Assembly: GCA_013115145.1 (NCBI GenBank)
Contig: JAAPAO010000370.1
Coordinates: 1-35,426 of the forward strand
Source: Perkinsus chesapeaki ATCC PRA-425
Lineage: Eukaryota; Protista; Perkinsozoa
DNA: 35,426 bases
Direction of reading: 5' to 3'
A model generated the notes under the pieces. The model was not told the origin of the DNA. It searched no databases and was given only the letters and a program-made list of their open reading frames with translations. Positions 1 to 11,973 of the stretch are shown here, in pieces. Position 1 is the stretch's first letter. The number at the start of each line of letters is the position of its first letter. The position numbers and the translations under genes were made by a program.

Positions 1-69
1 TCTATGGTGTAACGGTTAGCACTCCAGACTCTGAATCTGGCGATCTGGGTTCAAATCCCGGTAGAACCT
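1..69 (+). tRNA. tRNA-Gln(CTG); first ~3 nt lie outside the window
   Basis: Cloverleaf visible: D arm GTGT/GCAC, anticodon stem CCAGA/TCTGG with loop CT-CTG-AA, T arm CTGGG-TTCAAAT-CCCGG, acceptor 3' strand TAGAACC pairing with (GGT)TCTA. Confidence 0.93.
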
Positions 70-72
70 TTT
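69..72 (+). terminator. Probable Pol III T-run after the tRNA
   Basis: TTTT at and immediately after the discriminator base; the run is short. Confidence 0.4.
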
Positions 73-154
73 CAGAAATTCCCGAGAAAAATGAATGTTC
101 ACTTTGTAGAGCTAAAGCTTGTCAATGCCCGCAACAGAGGAACATCGAACGCTT

Positions 155-216
155 TTACCCATTAATTAATTAATGGGTAACGGGTTAACTAAGTTAAATT
201 AGTTAGGAATTAATTC
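155..216. repeat. AT-rich palindrome cluster downstream of the tRNA
   Basis: Perfect 26-bp palindrome ttacccattaatt|aattaatgggtaa (155-180), ttaact-a-agttaa (185-197), gaattaattc (207-216). Confidence 0.85.
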
Positions 217-320
217 TTAATTCGAGCCCATTTCATATCCAACCGTTATATATCATATATTCGTAATACAAACACTACCACAGCCTCGCGGAGAGCAACT
301 CATCAGGGCCGAACATTATC

Positions 321-3300
321 TCACCTCGATTCGTCCCTGAGGACTGTGCCTGTGAAGGGCCTCTCGCCCGCATCTTGGGATTCCTTCAATGCGTTCTGCA
401 GAGCTGTAATCCTTTCCAGACCAATAAGGCCTCTCCAATGGGAGTATTTATCACCTAAAGTGATACTGAACCTTTTATGTGATCCTAACTTACTGTGATC
501 ACTGAAGGCTTCACACTTCACCAGAGAGAGAAAGCGTTCCAACATGCTCGAGGCGAATGCGTGGTCTAGAAGTGAAAAAACAAATGCAGGAGTTCTGACA
601 GGTGATTCCGTAATATTCTGAGGCTCAACTGTTGGGTGACTTTGGTTAGACCAGAGAAGCATAGAGGAACATTAAGCGTTGCTGAACCTGACGTTCCTCC
701 CGGAGGAATCCTCCGTATCACTAGTAACATATTTCCTATAAAATTTTCTACTCTATCCGTCCCGAATCCATGGGTCAGCCGAACTAACCGGATAAATTCG
801 CGCACTCGTCAACCATCGCTTCCCACAGGTACACCGGCACAATGCCCCCTCCACCGTTCTTCTCGCTTCCTGACAGCAGAAAATGCATGCTTCAAGCAAA
901 GATTCTCTCACTATGCCGAAGGTGCCCAAGTAGCTCATCGACACTACTCGAGTCCGAGGACGCCAATATGGATCGCCACAAATGGAGGAGGAACAGAGAC
1001 CACCCATGGACCTAAATCGGTGATGCAATCGGAGCCTTCCAGGGATCGCTCACTGGGCCACTCCTCAGCAGCCGGCCTGCAACTCGGATGCCATCGGCTA
1101 TGTCACCTCTGTCTAGAGCGCTGTTAACCTCCTGGATATCTTGCCAAATCTTATTGGGCAGGGGCTTCACCGCGCCGTACTGCTCCAGAATGGAAAGACC
1201 TAAGGAGATCGAGCACTCATAGATGCCCATTCGGGTGGCAATTTGCCATCGTTCGGTTAAATTCACCTCGCAAGTATGCCACTGGCATATTTCGGCGAGT
1301 GCATTAGACCAGACAAAATTTAGCATCACTTTTGACAGAGACCCAGTCGAAATCGATCGGGATGAAAGAATGCAATAGCTACTCAAGATAAACTCATGCG
1401 CATAGTAGAGGAACTAACACGACAGTGAACGCCCCTCAAAATAATAAAATATAATTCCATTGACTATTCCTGCAATACTAGTAGCTGTTTGGTAGTTATC
1501 GGAAGTTGGCAGGGCCATGGGCAGCCCATAGCAATTTTATATATGAACCAAGTGAAGCCAATGAAGTGGTAATACTGCTGAATAAGAAGGAGTAGCTCAT
1601 CGAGACTCACATGCCGCTGCCTTGGCCAACGTCTTGCTACTGCCTTCAGCTTTAGCCGTTAAAGACTCTGAAATGATAATGTCACTTATCAAGGAGGAAA
1701 TGAACTACTCTTCTCCTTTCCTTCAGTCCACGTCCACCCTATCGTCGCCGAGACACCCGATAGACCCTCCCCGAAGGTGATGTGACTGTCGAGGCCAACA
1801 GAGGCAGAGTCAGCCAGTCGAGCGGCCTGCCAAACAGGATTCGGCAAAATTATCAGAGAGGAAATTAGGTATACAATCAACAAGACAAACGGGATTATTA
1901 TTGCTGATCCATGATTAATCCCAATAAAAACAGATAGATAGTCGATCTCTTATGTCTAATGAACTGCAAGATGAAAACAATAAATAGAAACGATTTACGA
2001 AGGATGATTCAAGTGATGAACTATAAAAAATTCAGATTAGAGATTAGAAAAGAGTTTATTGCGAAACTTACAATATAATATTATTATTGATAAACGATGT
2101 GCACTAACAACAATACCTATCAGTTAGTCATGACACGACCGATCGATATAGTCCGCTACTTCGGGTTTCCGTTGAAGTGTAGGCTTGATCCAAGCCGCTT
2201 GAAACCTCACCTCACTGACTGTCTGTGATAGGCATAACGCTTGTGGAGCGATCGAAAAGTGTTTTGTCGCCTCGTGCCCGCCTTAATACTCCCAACACAG
2301 ATAATCCCCGGGAGCAGACACCATTCAAGTGTTCCAGAATAAACCCCTATCCGGCTCACCAATCGGCTATAGGCCATCATCACACCATTCGCTTGGCCCA
2401 TGCTCAACACCACACCACCTTCCGATGCCACTACGGCGGCGGAGCCCTCATCCGGCGAAGCGACCTGCCAAAATTGTTCGAACAATCGGTTAGGACCCCT
2501 CTATCTTGCCTGGTTATCTCCTGCTTGAGTGCCTGTGACTGTTCGGTAAATATCCTCCATAGCTCTTAATTCCGCCTCCTCTTGAGACTCGCCAAGGCCT
2601 GAGTAGATTACGGTAATCTTCTGTATCCAAGGCTACACTTGGCTGCGCAACAGTGGCAGCAATAGAAGCAAAAGGGTAAGGGAGCAGTTCTCCAGCGTTC
2701 GACGGCGATACTTTACCAGCTCGTGAGCAGAAAGATGAACATCAGATGTTCCCACATAGGTTTGCATTCACATTGATATCAGTAATACCAACTTGGTGAG
2801 CACTTCAACGTATTAGATTGTACGAAATCACCATCAGAATTTCTGTTGTATATATTTCGGACAAGGATTACTTTTCTGTGAGGAGGCGAGGTGACTCCTC
2901 GATCGGGGCGAGCGGAGGTATCTCGACACTTTCTCGAACCCTAGGAGGCTTTATAGTATATTCCCTATCAAGCTTCCCGCCATATCTCTACATTCTGGGG
3001 GAGAAGCTAGTTCGGGAGCTACAGACGCCCAGAAGCGCTATATACGAAATATCCGTATGTAAATAGGACGCAACGGAGCAACACTGTTGCTGTTCAACTG
3101 GACATATAAACAACCTCACCGGCGCCTTTCCAAATCTTCGTATCTTTCCCTGGGCCGATCTTCTCCCAGACAATTTCGCATCGGTGCCCCTTGCCACCGG
3201 ATTGCAATACGTAGCTCGACCTGGACCGAGCTCCCACGGCCTTCTCGAGGTCCATGCACATCTTCTTCCATAGCCAGAACATAGTAGACTGGTCATAGGG

Positions 3301-4421
3301 GAGATGTTGGATAATCTAAAGGCATTACTTCGGAGGATATCAGATCCATCTTGCCAGCTGAAATTATAATGGGAAGATGCGCAGGGATTGGTGAATATTA
3401 TATGTAGAATAGATTATTAGTACTAACAGTATATATCCACTATTACAGCGGTTAGGAACCTCTGTTAGATGGTCGCAAGTTCGATCCACAGGCCTGTCGT
3501 TTTTCTGCGGAAAGATATTTTTTGGCCCGCAAACCTTCAAGGTACAATCAGAAGCCACTTTTCGTATTTTTCCTGGTATCCCCAGTGTAAGAGCTATCGT
3601 GAGAGCTAATAGTGCATAGCACTTGATCATAACCCCTCTAGATCATCGCTGGATAAGAGCTGGATAAATTGTTCCCACGCACGCACAAAGGTGACAGCAT
3701 AGTATAGGCTCCGCTCGCTCCGCAATGTCTTATTATATATTATCATCTCATAGAACGTTATTGGCCAAAGTGGCTCATATCCAAGCACGCGACCCTAGCA
3801 GTCTTCCGCTGCTCCATGCTGCTGCTCACTTTGCCAATAGCAATCCTCTTAGTTTCCTTCTTACTAGCTCCTTCGGCTTCGACCGTAACACTACAACCAC
3901 TCGGACCAAGCTGCCACGTTAGAGATGATACGTAACTTAACAAGAACAACTTCATTAAACCAACGCGCCGCAGGAACACTGGGAGAGCCTTTAATATACA
4001 GGTGTAGGCAAGTCTCCCGCGCAGGTTCGAACCCCAGGCCTGACATCTTCACTTACCCTGTCTTAGTTTGCCTGAACTTCTCACCTACCTCCTTGTACCC
4101 ATCAAGTGCCCCTTCACTGTATAGCTCATAAAGTGCCAGAAGGTTATCCTCCTTATACATATGCTCATGGTGATAGGATGGCATCGATTCCGGAGTGCCG
4201 AGCGCGGGAATCGAACCCAGGACCTTCTCCTCCCCAGATGGAACTGCTTGCCGCTCCCCCACCAGACTATTAGACAACGATTCTTCTCCTAATCGTCGAC
4301 TCGTCGGCCTCGGCCATTTCTTCTCCACTTTCTCAAACTCCGGAGCCGCCGTCATCCCCGAAAAGTATCTTCGCAGCACTCGAGCGCCGCGCATCGAGAC
4401 CCGCCCTCCTCGAACTATCAT
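321..4421 (-). CDS. Multi-exon hypothetical protein with mitochondrial-presequence-like N-terminus and dsRBD-like motifs (may be two genes)
   Basis: Overlapping ORF-track fragments from 321 to ~2700 join in phase through ~40-60 nt GT-AG introns (longer ones at ~1.4-2.2 kb) plus one GC-AG intron (2509-2465). The 5' part (4421-4057, then 3978-3830 with a short internal intron) reads MRGARVLRRYFS...NLLALYELYSEG...RWFNEVVL.LGPSGCSVTVEAEGASKKETKRIAIGK. A second similar motif, LGESQEEAELRAMEDIY, lies at ~2550-2600. The exon path between ~2700 and 3800 is not resolved. Confidence 0.6.
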
Positions 4422-4523
4422 AAAGAAAAGATTCCCTAAAACCCGATCCCTCCTTCCCTGACTGACTTAACCCAAAACCACGCTTATCAAACAGATACCG
4501 ATCAATACCAGCTACTATGTCAT

Positions 4524-5135
4524 CTACAATCTTCGAGGTGGCGGCGGCGCTCTCGAGCCTCCAGGTCTGCTCAGTCCCTTCCCACGTCTCACACCTCGCT
4601 TCTCCTCTTCCCTTCTCAACTGCGCCCCACGATCAACCGGCGACAGGTTGACAGCATTACGCACCAATGCTCTCCCACGTTGGTATTCCTCCTCATAATA
4701 AGCCTCCTGTTCACGCTCCGCCTCGCGGAGCCTGGCCGCCTCCATAGCAGCAGCGGCGCTCGCTCGACGCTCTTCCTCCCGAATTCGGGCTTCCTTCTTC
4801 CGTTGCGCCTCCAGCTCTCGCTCCTCACGAAGCCTGTCCAGATTCACGGCCGTACTTCGACCCAAGTCGTCAACTTTAGACAGCAAATCTCTTAGCATAT
4901 TTTTCACGTCCCTAATTTCACCAAGAGAACGTTCGAGCCGAGTTTCAATATCGAACGCTTCCGCCCGATTTTCAGCATCATAGCTGACTCGCCTCGTTTC
5001 ATAGGTCTCGGGTTCGATCCCCACGTCCTCCATTCTTCCGCTGCTCCGCCTATATGGAGCCTCCGAGTACCGAGCACCTCCTCCTCCTCCTCTGGGATCG
5101 GTTCTAACTACGTACCCGCCGCCGTTCGGGCTCAT
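4524..5135 (-). CDS. Single-exon hypothetical coiled-coil protein (203 aa)
   Basis: ATG-to-stop ORF with a long E/R/A-rich heptad stretch (LDRLREERELEAQRKKEARIREEERR...), GC-rich coding-like composition, and ~100-nt spacers on both sides. Confidence 0.75.
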   Translation of the reverse strand: MSPNGGGYVVRTDPRGGGGGARYSEAPYRRSSGRMEDVGIEPETYETRRVSYDAENRAEAFDIETRLERSLGEIRDVKNMLRDLLSKVDDLGRSTAVNLDRLREERELEAQRKKEARIREEERRASAAAAMEAARLREAEREQEAYYEEEYQRGRALVRNAVNLSPVDRGAQLRREEEKRGVRRGKGLSRPGGSRAPPPPRRL

Positions 5136-5242
5136 GTAGGTTGAAGCAAGTAAACGAAATCACTCAACTACAACTGCTTCAATACCCCCGTTATTTAGGT
5201 ATCACCTGCACACGACTCAGTCCTGTACCCGAAACTTATTAT

Positions 5243-8200
5243 TTAACTAAGCTGTTGTAAAGTGACATCGATGAACTTCACGGCTTGTGCACACAGCCAA
5301 GTGTCGGCGACGGAGTTGGTAATCTCTAAAGCTGAACCTGATATCTTAACCTGATATCTTATCCTTAACCTGATAACCTCTTATTCTTATTCTTATATAT
5401 TATGATCATCGATGAATAAACAAGCATTCCATTGGACGCAGAAACTGACCCCCTACGGTAGTGGTGGGCAACAAGTGATTTACTTCAAGCAAATACAAGT
5501 TATCTTTACTGTGCGTCCAAATAGGCAACTTAGAAAAACGCTACAGTTTGACGAATAAAACGAGTTTCGATACAAGATCAATATGAATAATATATCGACA
5601 TAAATCATGCACACTGGATGCAAACGTTTGGACGATTCATCCAACGTGAAACGTAGCCACAGGCTTGGTCAGATACCGCAATCGCCTCGACTGAGAAGCC
5701 TTGGCATGTGAGCCACTCGACATGAAAATGAAGCCCGGGACTTTTTGGCGGTTGTTGGTGACCACCTTTCACGCGACTGTCTAGTAGCCAGACGGTATCG
5801 TATCCGTCGTAGGATGCATTGCAACTTAGGAGGCCGGAACGTGTCTGAGAGTGCCTCCAAGCCCAACCTTAGGGATTCGAGTGATACTCACGAGGTATGG
5901 GTATCTTTGGAAGGATGTGACAGGAACATTTTCATTCTAGAACCAAATTGCGTATACTCCGCTGAGTTGTAAGTGTGTCCATCGCTGAGCTCACCAGTAT
6001 CATCGAAACCGCAGTTCTCGAGCACGTCAACCGCTTCCTTGAACGGAGCCACCCTCTCCATGAACGCCTTGTTAGACTTACTGAGCAGCAACACCATCGT
6101 CCACCGACCACTAGTTCCAATCCCCAACACCACTTACTTGATTCTGTGATACTTCTTCTCGGTCGGATGGTCATGTGCGTTCTGCAAGTAAACCCGCAGC
6201 GTCTTTAGACATGTCTAAAAGAAAGTCTCCAAGAGCGGCGACCCAAACGCGCGCATATACAAATACTCCCTACCAATGTGCTAATGAATTCAAAATACTG
6301 TATACTAGTAAATCGAAAACGTACTACCGCTTTCGGCTCAATTGCAATAGCAAACACCTGATGTCTTAGAACGGGAATTATGCCAATTACCGTCAAGCCC
6401 TTCAAGTCCTGATCCTTATAATCCTTCTTAAGATTCCTCAGATGGTATGCAACAGCCTCCTTAGGCTTCATCTGCCTGACATCTGTGGTCTTCTCAAAGT
6501 AATCAGCCTGAGCGTCGACAGCAGTTATTCCAGAAATAGCAACATCAATCAATTTCACGTCTTCTAAAACCAGCTGGTCAATCGGCTTTCTAAACACTAA
6601 ATGGTGTAACGAAAAGTATTCTACTCAGTTATCTTCCACCCAAAACTTTTGAATCTGCCAGGGACTGAGAATTTAGTCAAGGATATGTCTTGTAATCATG
6701 ATGATTACAAGTTTGAGTGATTTGGAATATGCAATAGATGATTGAATCGCATATTCCACTGCATATTCCAACGGAAATGAAACCCTTCTCACCGGTGGAT
6801 CCCTGCCAAACCTCCTCCGGTAGTCTTCCACCATTTTCTCCCTTAACTCTTGTCGATGCCTCACATGGTCTTCCCTCTCCCTTTGCATCTCATCCATCTC
6901 TAAAAAACATATCAATAATGAAGCTAGTGCGGTTCATTAATTATACCAATCAGTGTTGGTAGATCAGTTGGCCTTATTTTTAAGGCCAACGAACAACAAT
7001 CAGCTTTATTGTGATGAACAGCTGGTTCAAATTTGAAAAGTTGAATTTGAACTTGATTGAATTTTCATCTGAATTACCCCTACAGGTTTCTGTTATGGAC
7101 TGATATCCCAGCCAAATCCTACAACTGAACCGAAGAGGTTTCTAGAAGATTCGTTATTATTATATAAGCATCCGAGTCACCGTCCCAAGCCACAGCCGTG
7201 CGCCCAACAAGCTCCCACACTGGTGCCTCATCGGCGTCACATTACAACCATGAGCTCGCGCTTACCAGCCTCGACTAAGGCTACCTCTTTTCCGTTTTTC
7301 CTCAGCAAGATGCGCTTGAGTTTCCTGCATTGCTTTTGTGTTCTCAATCCGGGCCTTCTCTTTCTCTCGTGCTTCCTTCTTTTCCCTAAAAGCTCGCAAT
7401 CATACCAACCGCAGAACAGTCGACTCCCGCCAAGCTTACCCACCACAGGACTACCACTCGTTACAACTACACTGCTGGAATCGTACTCGTTATTCTAATT
7501 TAAAACCTTTTATATTAATTTACATGTATCTACTTTCTATCCCAACTTCATGCATACATATTCGTTTTAATAATGAAATTAAATTTGAAAACGATAATAT
7601 TCCATCATTTCGCCGGTAACTCAGACCAAGCTTTTTAGTTCCGACCCCGAAAGTCTGCCCTCAACCAGCCCAGCTCACCTCTCCATCCGATCCTCTCTTA
7701 ATTTCTTCTGTAACTCCATTGCCTTCACTTTAGCTTCCTCCTTGGACATCTGCGGCTTTGGTGTCGGCAGCGGCTTGTCGATCTAACACAGCAATGTGGC
7801 ATCCTCCCCATAACAACTCAATGCCCTGTTGAGTATTCCTATTCGAAAGCAGCACCAGACGCTGCGCGCCTATGCTCTACCAGAGTGCCACTGCATTCAG
7901 CTAAATCGACGCTTATATGGCAGGCCATTCTACTCGGAGCGTTATCATGAAATTTCATCCTACCAAGAAACGACCCCTCAGGGCTGCTGCTGCTGCCCAC
8001 GAATGCGTAACACTACGACGTATTTAGTGTGTGTAAAATACCGTATTTTAGTTATCTCTCGCCGTTTAGCGGCTTGCGATGCCGAAATTGGTGTATGTGA
8101 TTTCACTAGTGGATATCGATCAACCGTTTCATTGATATATTTGGCACACGGTCATCTTAGCGCGTGCCCAGCTTGCGATTTTGTAGTAGTAGCCTATGAC

Positions 8201-11200
8201 ACTGACGATGAAGTAGCCTGGAAGCCACTGAGGCTACAGAACCATATAGGACCGTTTCTCCACAGGACCCCTACATCAGCGTCATTCTCATGTTCACTAA
8301 GCCATTGCACTGCATTTTCAACTCCAGCGTTATCCGAGAAATACAAAGCCTTCTCTGCCCGGATTACAGGGAAGCCCATACCCTCGGTTAGTTCCTGAAA
8401 AGTATTGAGATGCTCACCTTATCAACCGAACGAAAGCATCTTAAAGTCCCAGAAAATCAAAGCCCACTCAGATTCGCCAGAACCAGTTTGTTTCCCGCCG
8501 ACACTTCCACAAAACTTCCACTTCAACTTTCTATCTGAGCAGCTGCGGCGTTTTTCTACCCAACTGGAAGAACGCGCGAACACTAACCGGAGTTACTTAA
8601 AAGCTACTTAGTCAGGCGGCAAAGTACACCCTTTATAAAGTGCCATGCATCGCTTCGACCAACCCCTCTGTGGCCTTTTAACTGTCTACTTTGTGTTTCA
8701 GCAACTGAAACACTAGTACAGTCTATAGTCAGTTTTACTATAGATTCGAGTGTTGTTTGATAGAGAAGCATTTGATTCTGGTCACTGGCCCATTTATTTT
8801 GGTATAATCTTAACAAGCTGTTATTGATAGTGTTATCTGATTATTGGTTATAAGTCTATTTGCTATACTCACCTTCAACATATCCTTATCAATATTATCC
8901 TTCACACTCGGTGGATTCTCTCCGCTCTCATTAACAGTATCATCATCATCTACATCCATCGGACTTGACACACCTTCCGGTAATTTCAGCGGCTCTTTAA
9001 AATCAGCGTCATTCTCGTGCTCCTACATAAATCAATATCCGAAAGAGGGCTACTAAGAACGGCTTGGCTCGAAGAAGTGACGCTACACAAGAGCTTCTCC
9101 AACAAAGCTAAACTGCTAAGGCAAATTAATTCCAATCAAAACTAAATTTAGTTATTTAACAATCCTCTTGCAGTCACCTTTAAACCGCACACCTATCATA
9201 CTTGCACTAGTGGTATACAGTACCGTATTGTATCCTACTAAATATATACTCAAAGTCTATGAGAGAAAACCCTGTAACGAGCAGGAGGATGGTAGTGCGG
9301 TAATTCTCAGCTTTTTCAAGCTTCACATTTGAACCGATCGTGTTGGAACCCTTATACAGTATAATATAGTATATATGTTAACCTATATATATTATTATAA
9401 TTATATATTCATAAGACATTATATTAAATTAAAATTAGTGTAAAATTAATTTGTGCTTCAGAAGTAGCAGATATCGTGTCGAAGTCGCAACATTCATCGT
9501 ATTGCTATCCCTCACGGATTCACCCCCTCTCACCCTCATACTACTACCTTAATCCATTCTTCGGCCTTCTTTAAATTATTATTCCCAAACCACAATGCCT
9601 TCTCCGCCACGACTACTGGATACCCCTTACCCTCAAACAGCATCTCCACCTTACGAGAATCAGCAAAATCGATTACCTGCCAAGGAATCGACTTATGAAA
9701 TTACCAGACGATTCACTTTTCCAGTCCAATCTGATACTCTCACAAACACAGCAGGCGATCAGTTGGCACATGGTGGCGTGAGAGCCTCATCCAGGCTCGA
9801 ATCAAAAACATATTCCTCAGCGCCCTAGAGCTTCTCCCGACGTAGACGAATAATATAAAGTTACAATGGAAAGTAGATTTTTCATAAAAGTGAATAAACT
9901 GAATACCATGCTGCTTGAAACATTATATATGATACTTCGACATATCATCCATGGCTGAGGTAGCGATGACGCTCCAGCGATAACAGTAACGAGGGTCATA
10001 TTCACCCCAAATACTCTACAGAGGGGGAACCCCGTCGGGTCAACAGCAGCAATAAATACAGGGAATACAATCGTAAACTCCCCTATCAATTTCAAGCTGA
10101 TCCAACAATAATACTACCCGAGGGTCGTTCTGGTGTTGACTCTGCTTCGTCAGTATTCGGTCTCGGAGCTCCGCTACGGTAATCTGAACCCAAAGGAAGT
10201 GTCGAGATAACCAAATGAAGTACTGCTTTGCTTAAAGCTCCTGAGGCACTAGTGAACATACAACCGGCACCTCACAAATCTCACGAAATACCAAATGCGA
10301 AAATACCGAAACCGAAGGATGAAGCTGAAACGGCCCATAGGATAGTACCTCGGTGAAGTTCTGTGGCGCCTCTCCCGTCCGCATACAAAATCGATTCACT
10401 TCATCTTCGGTGAAGCAATATTTTCCAGATACATTGGACACCATCACTTTTGCCTCTGGTGAGACCTGGCATTGAGATACAATAATTTCCACGCGGTTCG
10501 AAGCTCGACCGAGATGTAGATGGAGGTCGATCTCAAGCGCCAAATTTCTAAGCTACAGCTCTTGAGCAGCTTGATTTAACTGTGAGCCTAGTTGCGGGGA
10601 TACTACAGCGGAGGAGGACACTCTACATAATACTTCTGTATTTATGAGAGCTATGGTCCGCAGTCAACCACGTACCCTTCATTCAGTAGGATGCTACGGA
10701 TGAGGCGCACGGGATGGCATTGATAATAGTAACGCTTGACAGGGGTGAATCTATACTATATAGAGCGAGAAATCTTATCGATATGAGTTATTCTATTTCC
10801 CTGCGTCGAGCTTCATAGTGACGGCACCTAATTACAGCTACACAATGTACACCCATAATAAAGCCAAGGAAGGCTTTCAGAGGCTGGCAACATTCGAATA
10901 GCGGATTAATCGCTGTAAGGCATAATAACACTTGAAGAGCAAGCTGTACAACGCAAGGGGTTTTGGAGTTCACACCATCTTATGATTCTACACGTACTAG
11001 CTCAACCGAACTGCCAAAGTTAAGGTAGTAGGCATTCCATGACGGGGGCCCTCCTCCCGGATACCAGCGAGCGTCAGCAGCAGCAGCAGTTGTACTGCCT
11101 CGACCACTTCCCCCTTGGTAATTCGACAAGCCTATAGCATCATTCAGTAAAAGAATATCGACAATCGGATGGTGACGATGCGTTATTACAATTACTTGCA

Positions 11201-11600
11201 TCAAAATCGGAAATATCCTTCAACATATCATTTCACAACATATACAGTTTCATAAACCACCACTGTATCAGACGAGTCGATGAGAAAGTTAAGCCGCTTA
11301 ACTTTCGCCTAACTTAGACGTAACTGGACCGATCCGAACGGTACTGACCGAGCCTCAAATATGTTCATTTAAGCGCCAAAATACCATTCATTTTTCATCT
11401 CACAATAGTCCCAATTAGTACCTCCTCGAAATCCTGTGATCCAATAGCTTTAGCGTGATCCTCTGCATCCTGTGCAGTGAAGAAAAGTTGCCCTGTCCTA
11501 TTACAGCGTAAAATCATATTATTCGTAGGGTTGTTGGTCATATTCACTTTTGATAGAAAAAACACACTGACGTCGTCCGGACCCGATAGATGACCACGCT
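5243..11600 (-). CDS. Two degenerate C2H2-like motifs + tandem UBA + coiled coil + PUB domain protein (p97/CDC48 adaptor type)
   Basis: Phase-consistent exons: ~11600-11572, 11497-11422, 10465-10349, 10183-10118, 9676-9548, 9022-8873, 8394-8275, 7782-7679, 7385-7285, 6899-6793, 6507-6391, 6214-6138, 6080-5995, 5337-5243. UBA1 is EGKGYPVVVAEKALWF...EEWIKEHENDAD. UBA2 is EGMGFPVIRAEKALYF...VQWLSEHENDAD. PUB is TCLKTLRVYLQNAHDHPTEKKYHRINKSNKAFMERVAPFKEAVDVLENCGF. Start codon not located. Confidence 0.9.
5335..5396. repeat. Short tandem duplications at the last acceptor of the PUB gene
   Basis: aacctgatatctt x2, a partial third copy, then tcttat x3. Confidence 0.7.
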
Positions 11601-11973
11601 ACATTCGCTGATGCATATAACGGCATCTCTCGATAGGTCCACGACTATTAACTATTAACGACCAATAGGAGACTGTTACATTACGAAAACAAACATATAA
11701 CGTAAAATAATAATCATCAATAATAAAAAAACCAAGATAGTCATTCGGAAAACACATAACAAAGCACCATGACTAAGTCCGTAAAACAGCGTAATATTTC
11801 AAAAATAATAATAACGCAACCACCCCACCACCCGCCTATCAGCCATTTAAAACATCAACACTTCCCAGAGCAAACTGTGCATTGCTATTCTGCGCCTCCC
11901 ATCAGCCGGGGACATCCTCCGCCGTAGGAGTGAGGAACTTAAATGGGTAAAATTTAGTCGAGCTCGCCGCTCA

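Noticed and set aside
4196-4226. tRNA-Phe-like 3' half on the minus strand (AAGGTCCTGGGTTCGATTCCCGCGCTCGGCA)
   Set aside because: The T stem is mismatched, no D arm or 5' acceptor strand is at the right distance, and the sequence lies in a coding exon (KVLGSIPALG).
9760-11204. ORFs 9817-10095 and 10980-11204 as a separate gene or extra exons
   Set aside because: They fall in introns of the UBA/PUB gene, whose flanking exons join directly in phase. The 11.1-kb candidate exon has incompatible phases.
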